Notes: generated by a model not told the origin, from the sequence alone. Shown: positions 1 to 16,025, numbered from the stretch's first letter. The stretch: DNA of 64,000 nucleotides from Amoebidium appalachense (GCA_963693365.1 CAVNZM010000007.1:6445962-6509961); one strand, 5' to 3'. Program-made: numbers and translations.

Positions 1-724
1 TGTTGAACTGACATGTATGTACACCACAGCCGTTTATAGAGACTGTGATGTTGGCATCCAGGGGCGAAGTGTTGTTGTCGATAAACACGCACGTTTTTGT
101 TTACTTTTAATAAATTATTAAGTGATTTTCCCAAGTGCTTCTCAACATGTCTCCTCGTTTCATACAGAGCATGCATGCGTTCAGCTCATTGTAGTCTATG
201 ATACTGAGGCTGGCCCAAGTCAAGGAGTTCGGATGTGCACCAGATGAACAGGCCATGCGACACTGTAGTTGTGCTTAAGTCCGCCAGCGGTGTACCATAT
301 GTATATTTTTGTAACTATTGCTTAGTTTAGTAGCTCTGCTTCGAGCTCTCTCTCTCTTCTCTCACTCTCTTCTCTCACTCTCTGTTTCTCTCTCTCGAGC
401 TGAACAAAAACAAGGTGACGCCTTGTTACGTCGTCGCAGCTGGCCTTCGTGCAAGATCTTGCATGATTTGGCTTGAAAATTTGGAGGCTGATTAGCCGAA
501 ATCTTTTTCTTTTGACTGGATTTATTCGACGGAAAGATATGACAGTAAGCCGAAATCAGTGCCTAGATGCAAACTATCCCAAATTTTTTCCAGAGTATAT
601 ATCCCGCGGAGCGCGAGTGTGCAGGCCAGTCTGTGCCTCTTCAAAGTTGTGAACGTTTAGTGTTTGAATAGTACGTAGTTTCCCAACTTGCCCTTAATTT
701 GGTTGAAAGACCTGAGACATCACC

Positions 725-1986
725 ATGCCTAAGGTTAGAAGAGGAAGAAAGAAGCCTCCCCCAGACGGCTGGGAGCTTATTGAGCCTACACTGCTTGAGA
801 TTCAACAGAAGATGCGTGAAGGTAGGCCTGTTTGACAAAAAATGCCACTTCCGTTGTCGAGTTAGTTGGAGAGATTGAGGCTGTCACCACTGTGTTTTTT
901 GTTACCTTCGTGCACGCGCATTTGCTTGTTACTCGTGCTTGTTGTTTTGCTTGACACATCATGTTGCGGCTTGTGCATGTCTAAGTCTTTGACACTGCTC
1001 TTAGTCGCAGTTGTTTCGTGGTTGTTTGCAGTTATGGCTCTCTAATAGTGTCTTGCTTTGGGCTACTCTACTTCTGGGCATGGCCTACTAACCAGCACAT
1101 GTGCCTCCTGTGCCATGGCCTGAGCACGAGACATAATAGACTATAGGTAAAAACAGTGTGCTAGTTTTTTTGGTTTTACAGCCTCCACTGCTTTCTCTAC
1201 TTTTGATTCACCTGCTAGCCCTCCCTCCCTCTTCACCCTCTTTCCTCGCTGCACCCTGCGCCCTCCTCCCCCTCCCTTGCCCGCCGGCCTGCCTCCTTCG
1301 AGCCCGCCTCCCTTCTCCCTTCCCCGAGTCCTAACCTCCCCTTTCCTACTCCACCATCTCTTGGTGTTTGGTTTTTGCTAGTTTCTGTGCACGTGATCGT
1401 GTTGTGCTGATTTTGTTCTGTAGCTAAGCGTCCTCTCTTCCCCCCCCCCCATTGTGCCCTACAATGCACTAGGCCCTGCCCCCTCCGCTCCGCCCCTCCC
1501 CCTTTTCCCCCTTCCCTCCCTCCTTTCCGCCCCACACCCTTCCTCACCAACGTGTTGTTTCTTTGCTACCCTTGCCTTGCCACTTGTCACTTGCCATGTG
1601 GGCCTTTAAACTCCAATTGTCGCTTTTTTTTTTTACTTTTATGCAAAACAAGACACCCGCATATCATTTCTTGCACTTTCGTGTGATTTCCTCACCACCA
1701 CTTCCCCTCCCCCCCGTAAACACACATATGGATGTGCGCAAGTTCAAGAAGGGACATTTGTTTGCCATGAGTTTGCCTTCAGATTGCACATCCTCATATA
1801 CTCTTTTTTTTTTTTGCTCTTGCACATTCTGTTGCTCTCTTTCTCCACTTACCCATTCACAACACACACATACGCACACAAACACACACATACACACCTT
1901 CACACACACACACACAGACACACAGACGCACAGACACATTCTTTCACCCTCTTTGCTCGAGCCCCCTCCACCGTGTCCAACCTTTT

Positions 1987-2018
<32 letters not shown>

Positions 2019-3290
2019 CCCCCCCCCCCCCCCCCCCCCCGCGCTTTCTCTCCATCTGGTTTTCCCTTTCTAAAACCCCTTGCCACCCCTTTCTACCGTT
2101 ACTTGCCCTTCATCCACCATCCATCTCTCCCCTCTTCCATGCCTCCCCCTCCCTCCCTCCCCCCACCTCCCACCCTTCCCCCCTTGCCCCTTTTCCCCTC
2201 CCCCCTCTACCATACTCTTTCATGCTTGCAGTTTTTATCTCTTATTCCATCACCCTTCCACTTCTTTTGTCTCTTCCTGAAGGAACTCTCCCCCCCCCCC
2301 CCCCCCCCAACCTGTTTATGCCAGGGTTGTGTCAACCCCTATGTTACTTTGAGTTTTATGCGTGTTTTGTCACACATGCATACATGCTCTTTCTTCATGC
2401 CTGTCCTCACATTAATCATATATTCCTTACCGTGATTCCCCCCTCCCCCCTCCTCCCCCCCCGCCCCCGCCCCCTCCCCCTCTCCCCCTTCCCCCTTACC
2501 CTGTCACCATTTCCCCGTTGATACACGCCCCACACATCTTTTCTGACCCGTCACACATGCATTCAACTTCTCCATAGATCCTCCTCCTCCCCCCCCCCCC
2601 CCCCTCACCCCCACCCCCTCTCCTCATCCCCGACGCCTACCTTGTCCCTCGACGTTGCTTCTGCAGTTCTCCTCTTTCCGTCTCGCTCTCTCTCTCTCCC
2701 CCCCCCCCCCCCCCCCTCCTTTCTCCCTACCCCCTCATCCCCTCCCCCCTCCCCCCCTCCCCCCGCCCTGCGTGCCCCTCCCCCCCTCCCCCCCCCCCCC
2801 CCTCTATCTATCTCCCTACCCATCACCCCCCTCCCCCTCCCTTCGCTCTCTCTCTCCTTCCCCCCCTCCCCCCCGGAGTTGGTATGGACGACCTCCTTTC
2901 CTTGTTTTATGGGACGCATGTTGTGCTCTTGCACGATGACACCAACTTGACTTATAATGGTTTTTAAATGCACTGTATTTTTTTTTCTTTCTCTGTATCA
3001 TTTTTTAATTTCACTGTATCATTTTTTACTGTAGTATTCCCTGTGTGGCCATGCCAACGTGTGCTTCTTCTTCTTCTCCTTTTTGGGCGGGGAATGACCG
3101 CGGGGGGGGGGGGGGGGGGGTGTTGCTGTGATTATTGTGTGTGTGTTTTTTTTTTTTTTTTTGGGTAAGTTGGCGGTTTTCTAAATGGCTTTACTTTCAT
3201 TTTTGCCTTCCCATTCAACATTCATCCCCACTCCCCCCCCACCCCCACCCCAAATTTTTCCACCCGTCCTCTTCACTCCCCAGTGAACCC

Positions 3291-3328
<38 letters not shown>

Positions 3329-3580
3329 ATATTGTAGATCACATGGGGGCTTCCTAATGGGTGGGCTCTGCTTGTGATGCACACTCTTTATGTGTGGCTG
3401 GCAACCTGCAATGTGGTGTTCGTCATGAATGTGTAGATCGTGCTCTGTAACACATTCCAAACCCCCCCCCCCCCCCCCCCCCCCCCCCCACTTTTCCCCC
3501 TTTATTTCCCCCCCACCTGTCCGCATCACACATACACACATACACTCACTCACACACTCACACATTCACACACACGCCCG

Positions 3581-3651
<71 letters not shown>

Positions 3652-3937
3652 ACAGCTGAGGCTGAGTCCCACGAGGGCCTCCGCAAGGTCGAGACGCAGT
3701 GGCCCATCTTCCGTCTGCACCACCAGAGGTCAAGATACATCTATGAGCTGTACTACAAGAGGAAGGCTATTAGCAAGGAGCTGTATGACTACTGCATCAA
3801 CGAGAAGTATGCCGACCCGGCACTCATTGCAAAGTGGAAGAAGGTATGTGTTGTGTGTGTGTGTGTGTTTACCCGTTGTTATAGATTTATAGATTTATTT
3901 ATTTATCATTTTGGGGGGCGGGGGAAGGGGAGGGAGA

Positions 3938-3991
<54 letters not shown>

Positions 3992-4201
3992 GAGGGGAGG
4001 GGGGAGAGAGTGAACACTGCATCAATGAGAATCACGCTGATCTCGCTCTGATTGCAAGGTGGAAGAAGGTTGGTGTGTGTTTTACTGTGTGTGTGTGGGT
4101 TTTGGGGGGGGGGGGGGGGGGGGGGTTCCAAGTATGTGCTTTCAATTTTTTTTCTTTTTCTTTTTCTTTTTCTTTTCTTCTCTTTTCTTTTTTTCTTTTT
4201 T

Positions 4202-4232
<31 letters not shown>

Positions 4233-4306
4233 GGGACGAGAAGTATGCTGATCTGGCACTGATTGCAAAGTGGAAGAAGGTTGGTGTGTGTTTCACTGTT
4301 TGTGAT

Positions 4307-4350
<44 letters not shown>

Positions 4351-4732
4351 TTTTATCTTTTGTATTTTTTTTTTTGATTGGGGGGGAGGGGGAGGGGGGG
4401 GGGGGGGGGGGGGGGGTTGTCTGAGGAGGATGGGGCTGGAGGGGGGGTGAGGGAGGGTGGGGGGGGGGGGGGGGGGGGGGGGGTGGACGGATTTAGGTGG
4501 GCAGGTTGGGTGTGGTGTTCGAGGGGAGGGGGGGGAGAAGAGGGGTTGGGGGTGCGGGGCTGTCCTTTCCGACGGGTGTGTGTGTGGATGGGTTGGGTGC
4601 TGGGCTCTGTGCGAGTTTATCCACGGTTGGGCCGGGTGTTGGGAAGGTATGATACACGTCTCTTCTGATTCTTCCCCTCCCCTCCCCCCCCCCCCCCCCC
4701 CCCCCCTCTCTCTTTCTTTTTTTTGTGTGTGT

Positions 4733-4764
<32 letters not shown>

Positions 4765-5195
4765 GGGGGGAGGGGGGGGGGAGGGGGAGGTGGAGGGGGG
4801 GGGGGGAGGGGGAGGGGGGATGGGGGATGGGGATGGGGGTTGCTTTCCCGAGGGTGGGGGGGAAGGAAGTTCATTCTCTCACTGTCTCTTTTTCTTTTTC
4901 TTTTTTTTTTTTTTTTTTTTTTGGGTGGTGGCGGGCTGGTGGAGGGAGAGGGGGGGGGGGGGGGGGGGGGGTAGCTATCTGCTGGAAGACATGTTCTCAC
5001 CCCCCCCTTTTTTTTTCTTTCCTTTTTTCTTTTGTCACACAGCAAGGCTACGAGAGTCTGTGCTGCCTGCGGTGCATCCAGACAAGAGACACAAACTTCG
5101 GCACACAGTGTGTGTGCAGAGTCCCAAAGTCAAAGCTGGAGGAGGGCAGGATCGTGGAGTGTGTGCACTGTGGCTGCAGGGGATGCTCGGGTTAG
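725..5195 (+). CDS. BUD31: Pre-mRNA splicing factor BUD31/G10; 3 exons: 725-821, 3656-3843, 5043-5195
   Basis: Joined exons read [145 protein letters not shown], a typical G10 sequence with its Cys clusters. Both introns are GT-AG with compatible phases (1, 0). Confidence 0.97.
3330..3460 (+). repeat. Copy of a ~150-bp intronic dispersed repeat; other copies at ~44603-44690, ~45247-45385, ~61307-61470 and partially ~61817-61875, all on the - strand
   Basis: Shared core (G/A)TGGGCTCTGCTT(A/G)T(G/T)A(T/C)GCA(T/C)ACT...CATTC(C/A/T)AA, usually followed by a C tract, visible in pairwise comparison by eye. Confidence 0.75.
4015..4300 (+). repeat. Two decayed copies of the BUD31 exon-2 3' end plus donor site inside intron 2 (4015-4090, 4236-4300)
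   Basis: Copies translate as [18 protein letters not shown]|gttggt and [14 protein letters not shown]|gttggt, versus the exon [18 protein letters not shown]|gtatgt. Confidence 0.9.
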
Positions 5196-5293
5196 GGAGA
5201 TTGTGAGTTCATTTTTTATTTTTCTTCATTTTTATTTTATTTTTATTTTTATTTTTACTATATAAATATATATTTGGGCGACGGCGGCGGGGG

Positions 5294-5336
<43 letters not shown>

Positions 5337-5456
5337 TAAAGGTTGTTGTGATGGCCTTGAATGAAAATTGATTTTTTTTTTTTTTTTTTTCTTTTTTTTT
5401 TTCTTTTTTTTTTCTTTCTTCTCGTTAATGTTTTTGTTATTTTTTGTTGGGGGGAG

Positions 5457-5493
<37 letters not shown>

Positions 5494-6005
5494 AATGGAG
5501 CGCGAATTTCTCAGCAATGGGCATGCACATGCTACTACACACCACATGTTTAGGGGAATTTCAAAGCAAAATGTGGGGCTGTTTACAAAAATGCCTGCAC
5601 TTACTGAGTACTGCTAGAACATAAACTTGCATATATGCGATGAACTATGAACAATAAAACCCGGTTTTTGAAACAATAAACACGGTTTTCGAAACGAGGC
5701 AGGTTCCTTGTTTGGCTGTCTGGACAGCAACCTAGTCTTAAACCTCAGATATATATATCGATGTATTGGTGAAGTGCAATTGCCAAGTTTACAGTAACTT
5801 TTATATGTGGTTGGGATGGGTAGCAGAACAAGGATGCGCCAAGATTTTGTTATCTCTGCGGGTGAGGTATTAATTATTCGAAGCAGAAATGTTGAGTGTT
5901 GTGTCCGATTGCATGCGCGCCGGCCCTTATCGCGCACAGGCGTAAGCATGCGGGCTCGTGCGCGCGCACACACACACAGTCACACAACGAGCACACACAC
6001 ACACA

Positions 6006-6036
<31 letters not shown>

Positions 6037-6305
6037 TTTCACACCGTGCATGCGCGCACACACACAAGCACACACACATACAGAGAAAGAGAGTCACGCA
6101 CGCGCACATGCTCACAAGCATGCACAGAACCTGGTTGATTACAGGCCTATCCCATATAGGGCAGGCTTGCGCATGCAATGCCTTGCCCTTCATAATATTA
6201 TGCATACTGCTCGAGTGACTCGCCATAGCCTGAGGGAAGGCGGCGGGGACGGGGAGAGCCCTCCCAGAGGGGAAGGGGGAGGGGGGGGGGGGGGGGGGGG
6301 GGGGG

Positions 6306-6365
<60 letters not shown>

Positions 6366-6661
6366 CTCTTATAATAAGGAAGGAATTCTTAGGGGGAACG
6401 GACAACGGGTGTTCGTAAACTATGTAAAATGAGCCTTGCAGATTATCATAGCATATGCACAGCGAGGTAAGGTACTACTTTTTAACATAGTGCACCATGT
6501 CTAAGGCAAACGTGATTGTTTGAATTGTGTGTATCTGGCCAGAGGTGCGGTCTGACCGTAGTGTGTGCTTGTGCACGTGTGTGTGTGCGTGTGTGTGTGT
6601 GTACATGTGTGTGTGTGTGCCTGCTTGTGTGTGTGCCTGCTTGTGTGTGTGTGTACACGTG

Positions 6662-6696
<35 letters not shown>

Positions 6697-6801
6697 TGTG
6701 TGTGCACGTGTTTTTTTTGTGGGGCGGAGGGGGGGGGGGGGGGTTTGGGGGGGCGGGGGTGGATGCGTAGTTAGTATGCATTAGAGAGAGAAGAAAGGAG
6801 G

Positions 6802-6840
<39 letters not shown>

Positions 6841-6967
6841 GGGGGTTATCTATGGCTGTGTTGGTCGGAGTAGTGGCATAAGCTTTGCAGTGTGTAGAAT
6901 ACCTAACCCTTTATTTTTAGGGTGATTGGCGATTATAAGTGCCCCTGGCGATTATACTCGTTAGGCT

Positions 6968-7150
6968 TTATAAAAATTTAATGCTCCAATAACGTAGTAC
7001 AATTATAAAAATTATATGTTCCAATAACGTAGTACAATTATAAAAATGCAATGCTCCAATAATATAGTACAATTATAAGAATATAATGCTCCACTAACAT
7101 AGTAGTACAATTACAAGAAATCAATGCTCCAATAACATAGTACAATTAAA
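6968..7150. repeat. AT-rich minisatellite, ~35-bp unit x5
   Basis: atgctccaataacgtagtacaattataaaaat recurs at ~6981, 7016, 7051, 7086 and 7124. Confidence 0.9.
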
Positions 7151-7392
7151 AGGGGTGACTGTATCCTTCATTGCCTGGTGCTGGGAACTGCCTCATCCTT
7201 ATCTGCTATGTGTGTGCAGGGCTCGTGTGTGTGTGTGGGTGTGTGTTTGCTTACGTAGCCGCACTCTGTGTGTTTAAAAACATCTTAGGCCGAAAGGGAC
7301 ATGCCATGGCCAGCTTCATTAGTAAACTAGCTAAATTGAAATCTGTGACTTTTTAATCCTCGATAGTCTGCGCTTGCCAGAGTTTTCTTTCG

Positions 7393-8655
7393 CTAACGTC
7401 CACACCCTCGCCTTCCCGTCGTCCCCCAAGCCACAACAGACGCACCAGAATGCTCCACGATTGTTCTCACACTCCACCACGCTCTATCGCCCTCACCCAA
7501 ATCAAACATCAAACACTCTGCAACAGCACGTGGGGTTGACGTTGTACACTTCAACACATACACACTCAAACCATTTTTCGTTCTCACCGTGAACACACCA
7601 GGTCCATTGAACTCCGGCGTACGTATAAAATCCACTGCGTCGTTTAGTGTTATCAGCGTCGTTTCAGGAACCAAAACACCTCCATTTTCACCCCACGACT
7701 CATACGTGACAATGTGTTGGTTGTCCCCCTCGTCGAGTTGAACACGCAACATGCTCAGATGTTTGCCCGAAAGCCACATCCTCCCTGGAATCCCCACTGG
7801 GTCTCGTTTTCGGTATAGCTCCGCGCCTGTGTTAATGTCGCACACAACCGCGAAACGAAGCTCATCCCAGTCAGATTGGGCCTGTTGTAGTATCCCATAG
7901 AACACACACGCAGTTATCGAAATCCCTCGTCAATAACCTGTTATGTTTTGGGGACAGGTTAACCACCGTACGGTCACTGAATGCATTCTCCTGGGCCAAC
8001 ACAATTTTCTGCGACTCGCCGCGACACAAGTCCACAAACGACGGGTCCGAACTGGGCCATGGCAAACAGAAAAATTCAAACTCATCCTTCAGCCGTTCTT
8101 TCGCATTTTCGTCGGCCGAAAGCAACGAATTTACCCCACCCGTACGGAGGAAATCGAGCACGTATTCAAACAATACGGGTGAACGGTCAATAAGAATAGA
8201 ACCGTCCGGTCTAGTTTGTATGGCGTAGCGGCCGCTGAACCAAGCGGCGAGCATGGAGCCAGGCACCGAGCAAAGGGTTTGGCGGGTGGTGTGGAAGAGA
8301 CGGCCGCCCACGTCGAGGATAACCTGGTCGGTGAGTTGTTGGTTGAGATGGCGTGCAAATTCGCATTCGGCTGCAAAACGCTCCCTGTATACATGGCCAT
8401 TTATTAGTAGGAAAAAAAATTGTTGTCGAGAGCGTATATAGGGTTTTTATAAAACAAAAAAAAAAAAAGGGAATATGAATCACCATCTTGACTCAAGAGG
8501 TTTGGGGGACAGGACAGGGCGGGGCGGGGGGGGGGAGGGGGGAATCGGGGGTGGGGGGGGACACACGCAAAAAAAGGGGTAACTGGGAGAGAAAAAAAAA
8601 ATCATCTTGGCTCAGAGGTTTAGGGAGGGGGAACACACACAAAAAACGGGGCACT

Positions 8656-8703
<48 letters not shown>

Positions 8704-8869
8704 CTCTGGAAAAGATCACCTAATGCGAGTTCTAGTGGTAACTGAGTCGTTTGAAGAAACATGGACACATAGGGTGGTGAGGAATACGACATTGATGTGT
8801 GCATACGGTACGTGTGAGAGAGTGTGTGCAAAAGCCGTTGAATCGCAATTCCATTCTGTACCAAGAACA

Positions 8870-8953
<84 letters not shown>

Positions 8954-9904
8954 GTTTGTGTTCCTGTCCTTACTGGAATGAGGCCAAGCAGCATTAAAGT
9001 GTCTAAACCAACAAACCGTGATTCCTCCCCGCCCCCCCCCCCCCCTTTAAACCCCCCCCCCCCCCCACCCGCCCCTGTCTCCCGCCCTCCCCTTTCCCTC
9101 CTTCCCCCCCCCCCCCCCCTCCCCCCCCCTCCTCCTCCTCCCCCCTGCCCCTCGAGCTCCGGGACCCATCCATCCTACCCACCTACGTGTACAACCCAGG
9201 TTTTTTGTGCTCAGCCCACAGCAGCATACGTGCACACTTGCGAGCCTCAAAAATTACCACAGAGGAACCACGTGCACACTGTGACACACACGTAATAAGG
9301 CCCAGAACTTTAAGAAAATTACAAACCAATGGATAGCGGACGGGGGGGGAGGGGAATGGGTAGCTAAGGCAAGGACTAAGGGAAGCAGTGTGGGTAGCTA
9401 AGGCAAGGACTAAGGGAAGCAGTGGGTGGGTGGAAGGAGGGGGGAGGGGGGGGATGGCTGGAGAGAAGCCCTGGAAAGGCAGAGGGGGGGTGGGGGAAGG
9501 GAAGAGGGGGGAAGGGGCGGGGGTAGGGCAAACGGGGGACCTTTGGGTTCAGAGATGGACAAGCCCCAGGGGAGGAAAGGTGGGGGGAGGGAGGGGGGAG
9601 AGGGGGGATCTGTGTGATTGTGCGTACTTGTATTTGGAGGTGTGAGGGGGGTGCGACTGGGGCGGGGGGAGGGGAAGGGAGGGGACGGGGGGGGGGGGGG
9701 TGGAGGGTGGGGGAGGTAATCTCTGGCGCGCACACACCTGTCCTCGTTCAGCTTTTCCCGGTCTCTTTTCAGAGCCTCTGCCTCTGCGCTAAGCGCTGCC
9801 TCTTTTGCGCAAAGCTCTCGTGCCGTGGCCGTTATGCGCCCAAGCACTTTGCTCCTTTCACTTTCAAGTTGCTCGGCTGTGGACAACAGAGTGAGGGCAC
9901 TCAT
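7393..9904 (-). CDS. Coiled-coil + BTB/POZ (KCTD/T1-type) protein with a WD-like C-terminal region; exon 1 9904-9738, exon 2 from 8384, frame break near 7880
   Basis: Exon 1 (MSALTLLSTAEQLESERSK...EALKRDREKLNED) joins in phase 2 via GT-AG to RERFAAECEFARHLNQQLTDQVILDVGGRLFHTTRQTLCSVPGSMLAAWFSGRY...IDRSPVLFEYVLDFLRTG...EFEFFCL, which carries the KCTD BTB signature. Downstream LWDTTTG and VCDINTG motifs lie in two different frames. Confidence 0.85.
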
Positions 9905-10397
9905 TTTGCGGGTGAAGTGGTGGTGGTGATGTTCTGCCAGCCACTAAGATGGTGTCATAGTTTCGTGCATGGATGGGCAAGAAATGTATGGTAAAGGCTA
10001 AGAGTATGTATGTGCGTGAAGTGACAGCAAGGACGGTAGGAAGGTCGCACAAGGAATGAAGGAGGATGGGTCACTGACAGGTTGAGTGGCGAGGTGCTGA
10101 AGTCAGGTGGAGAGGGAGGGGCATAAAAGTAGTCTGGTAGTACTAGTGGCCGCGTACGGCCTCTAGCTGTCACGGGTAGTCGGTAGAGGTAGTCTTCAGT
10201 GATTGATATAAATGTAAAATTCCCACAGCTAGTGGTTAGGAGATGACGCCATAGGCGCAGACTAAAGGCAGAAACATTTTTGGCGGGATCAGGAAATTTC
10301 CCCGGCTTGCATTTTGGCCCGACTGAGCTGTCCGACTTTCTCGCAGTGAATTTCTAAATCAGAGAAAAATTACTTAAAAGTACACACGCACACACAT

Positions 10398-10483
<86 letters not shown>

Positions 10484-10928
10484 ACACGCACACACGCACA
10501 CACACACACACACAAACACGCACAAAAACACACACACACACACACACGCACGCACGCACACACACGCACACGCACACGCACGCGCACACGCACACAGCGT
10601 GTGCAAGCACACAACTGCCCTCTTTTTCAAACCAGAATTAGAAACCATCACTCTCTTCAGCCACAGCCATACGCCTAACAGTTGCGTGCCATGTTGCGTG
10701 CAGCGCGTGCAGCTCTGTACGACGGAAGTGCTGGTGTGTCACTGAGACACAGCCACTCATCAAAAGACGGCATTGGTCTAGTGAGGACAGGACGTGCGAG
10801 CAGATCATTCCTCCTCCTCCCCACCCCCCCCAACCACCACCACCACACACACACACACGCACGCACCCCCCGGCCCCAACCCCCCTCCGTTTTTACTATT
10901 TCCCCGTTGTGAATCCGCTCCCCTCCCT

Positions 10929-10960
<32 letters not shown>

Positions 10961-11339
10961 TTTCCCTAACCTTCCCCTCATTGGCCGTTTGAGAAAGACC
11001 GACACAAAGGGATGCTGCCAATTGTGACAATACACAAGCGGATTTGCAAACATAAATACGATAGTGGAAGTTTACCAGACCCAATATGTACGGCTGTTAA
11101 ATAACGAAGAGCGCTTTTGTATACTGATCAAAGCCGAGCAGTAGAGAATACTATACAATAGGGAACTATCATCACTACCTCGAGTTCGGCATTCTTTCCA
11201 TTATTCTAAGTAGCGATAGCATATGTACTCATAACTGTAACTTGCACATATTCACAATAAAAATCATTACGTAGTCTCAATCTTTACAATACCAGTTTTT
11301 GCCACTGTGCCTGCGTGTAGAACTCATAGACCACGGCAA

Positions 11340-11994
11340 ACTCCCACACACCACGCGCACGCGCAAGCATGCCCAGGCACATATACAAGCGCATTCGTGC
11401 AGTGCCACACGCACGCGTGCACGCATTCATACACACCGAATAAATTCATACACATATGCATACGTATCGTGACATACACATATGCATACACATCGAATAA
11501 ATTCATACACATATGCATACATATCGTGACATACACATGCATACACATCGAATAAATTCATACACATATGCATACATATCGTGACATACACATATGCATA
11601 CACATCGAATAAATTCATACACATATGCATACATATCGTGACATACACATATGCATACCACACATCGAATAAATATGATACACATATGCATACATATCGT
11701 GACATACACATATGCATACACATCGAATAAATTCATACACATATGCATACATGTCGTGACATACACATATGCATACACATCGAATAAATCCATACACATA
11801 TGCATGCATATCGTGACATACACATATGCATACACATCGAATAAATTCATACACATATGCATACATATCGTGACATACACGTGCGTGCTGCCCGTGCGCA
11901 GACACACTCACATACACACGTACACACTGGCACACACACACACATCCATACACACATACACACACACATGCACATGCGCGCACACACGCCCCCG

Positions 11995-12048
<54 letters not shown>

Positions 12049-12399
12049 GTTGGCAAGTGCGCTTTACGTGCACACAGCACCGTGGCATGTATGCAATTTG
12101 AAAGCCACATGTGCCCCAGGCTGCCAGAACCACCATTGATTGGACTTTATTTGTGTGTAAGATCGGTGTTTGAAGTCTTGTTTGAGATGACTGCAGCTAA
12201 TATTAGCATAGTCGGCTCCTTTTATAAGAATAGAAGTGCCCCTCCTCCTCCTCCCCCCCCTCCCTCCCCCCTCCCCGTGGACACAACCCACCCCAAGGAA
12301 AATTATAAGATCTTGTGCTATGGTCCCTGAAAAATTAAGATAATCAGCCCCTATTTTGAAAGCACCATGGCCAATGATCCCAATTTCAGCCACCCCCTG
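11340..12399 (-). mobile_element. Truncated inverted copy of a non-autonomous TIR DNA element (Tc1/mariner-like TA-CAGGG end)
   Basis: It ends in ...aatttcagccaccccctg|TA at 12399. Its reverse complement aligns by eye with 12946-13690 over ~700 bp, e.g. cacgttggcaagtgcgc...aaagccacatgtgccccag...accaccattgattggacttt...ctatggtccctgaaaaattaagataat. Confidence 0.8.
11428..11880. repeat. Minisatellite, ~57-bp unit x~8, within the TIR element copy
   Basis: catacacatcgaataaattcatacacatatgcatacatatcgtgacatacacatatg is tandemly repeated. Confidence 0.95.
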
Positions 12400-12754
12400 T
12401 ACACATATTCACGAGGCTCATATAAACACATGCACGTAATTACAATGCAATACGCACGTAATTACTACAATGCACTAGCTATAGTCACAGCGATTGGAGA
12501 ACAAGAGATTTGAAACACACACACACACACACTGAATACAACACATGAACCGCACGCGTTGCACGTGTGCACAGTGAATGAATGATCATTTTGAGGCACG
12601 TGCATGCATATGATAGTCATTAGTAGCTATGATCCAGTGCTGGAGAGTGTGCTGGGGGTAGAAGGGCCTATAGAGAACAGTTATCCCCCTCTGGACGAGT
12701 AGGTTCTCTCTTTTCCCGGAGAGAGTATGTGTGTAGAGTTTTTTTTTTTTTTTT

Positions 12755-12785
<31 letters not shown>

Positions 12786-12945
12786 GCAGTCAACCGAGAT
12801 TAAATCCGTATTATTAAGTTTAAACAAAACTGTCTGCATGCAGTCAAAACCCTGTGAAAAGTTCCTGGATGATTTTTTTTTTCTCTTTCAAACTTTTTGT
12901 AGCACACATGTTTGGGCCTTGCACATGCGTGGGTGAGATTAGCTG

Positions 12946-14898
<1,953 letters not shown>

Positions 14899-15507
14899 TA
14901 TGCTATTATGTTTAGTGCGAGCACTCGAGGTGACTGTGGCCAGCGTAACCATGATCACACGGTATAGATTTCTCCTTCTAGGCCGTCTCTATGCCCGAGT
15001 GTAAGTTATCTACGTTGCAGTCGCAGTTACTATCCTATGATACATACACGATGATTCCTCTCATAGATAGCACCTTAACTAGTGTACTGTCGGTACTGTG
15101 TGGTAGGCGGTAGTTTCCCTAGAGGGCCTGAAAAGGCTCTCCGGGAACAAAACGTGATAATAAAAAAAAAAGAAAAAAATACACGATGATTCCATATTAG
15201 TATCAGTAGTGTTTCAAGTACTGCACAAAACCCGAGGTACATGGTATTCTAGCCCGAAAACGGTTTAGGCAAATCATTCTACTGATATCTCATAATACAA
15301 AAAACGGCATTATATAGGCTGTACGTGGCACAGGCCAACCTAAGGTGTTCTGTGTTCTACACTGCAATGTCAGGTGAAATTCAACACTATACATAGGTTA
15401 CGCTTTCCACTTTACAAATGTTACATCCGATTGAATCAAGCTACACATTGTACAATTCTACCTGCCTGAATCACTTCAGTGTCATGATATATCTCTGATA
15501 TCAATGA

Positions 15508-15540
<33 letters not shown>

Positions 15541-15953
15541 AAAAAGGCCGCTAAAAAAAAAGAAAAAGAAAAAAAAAAGGAAAAAGGCCGCTAGGGGAGG
15601 GGTGGGGGTTAGGGGGAGGAGCCGGAGCAGGCAGCATGCAAGGAACCTAAAAAATATATATACAGAAGTCCAGTTGGAAAGTCAAAACCAAAAAAATTAG
15701 AATCCGAGCTACACAAAGTTATACTGCAATAGACTATGGAAAAATTGGATGTCACACACAGTGAAGCCCAACTAGGAGGCGGGTGCATATCGTGCTACTG
15801 CAACATTAGGCCCACTGTGTACCTAAATCATTATGATGTCATCTAGCTGATGTATGCCTATAGCCATATCCATCCGACACACCATGCATACATATATGAA
15901 GATACATTACGATGTTCATACAACCGGTTTGAAGCATCTCTGAGAGCTTTTAG

Positions 15954-15984
<31 letters not shown>

Positions 15985-15994
15985 CCCCCCCCCT

Positions 15995-16025
<31 letters not shown>

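Noticed and set aside
10640-10810. Possible orphan exon, including a Zn2Cys6-like ACSACSSVRRKC reading
   Set aside because: The second half of the Cys cluster and any linked exons were not found, and the frame is ambiguous.
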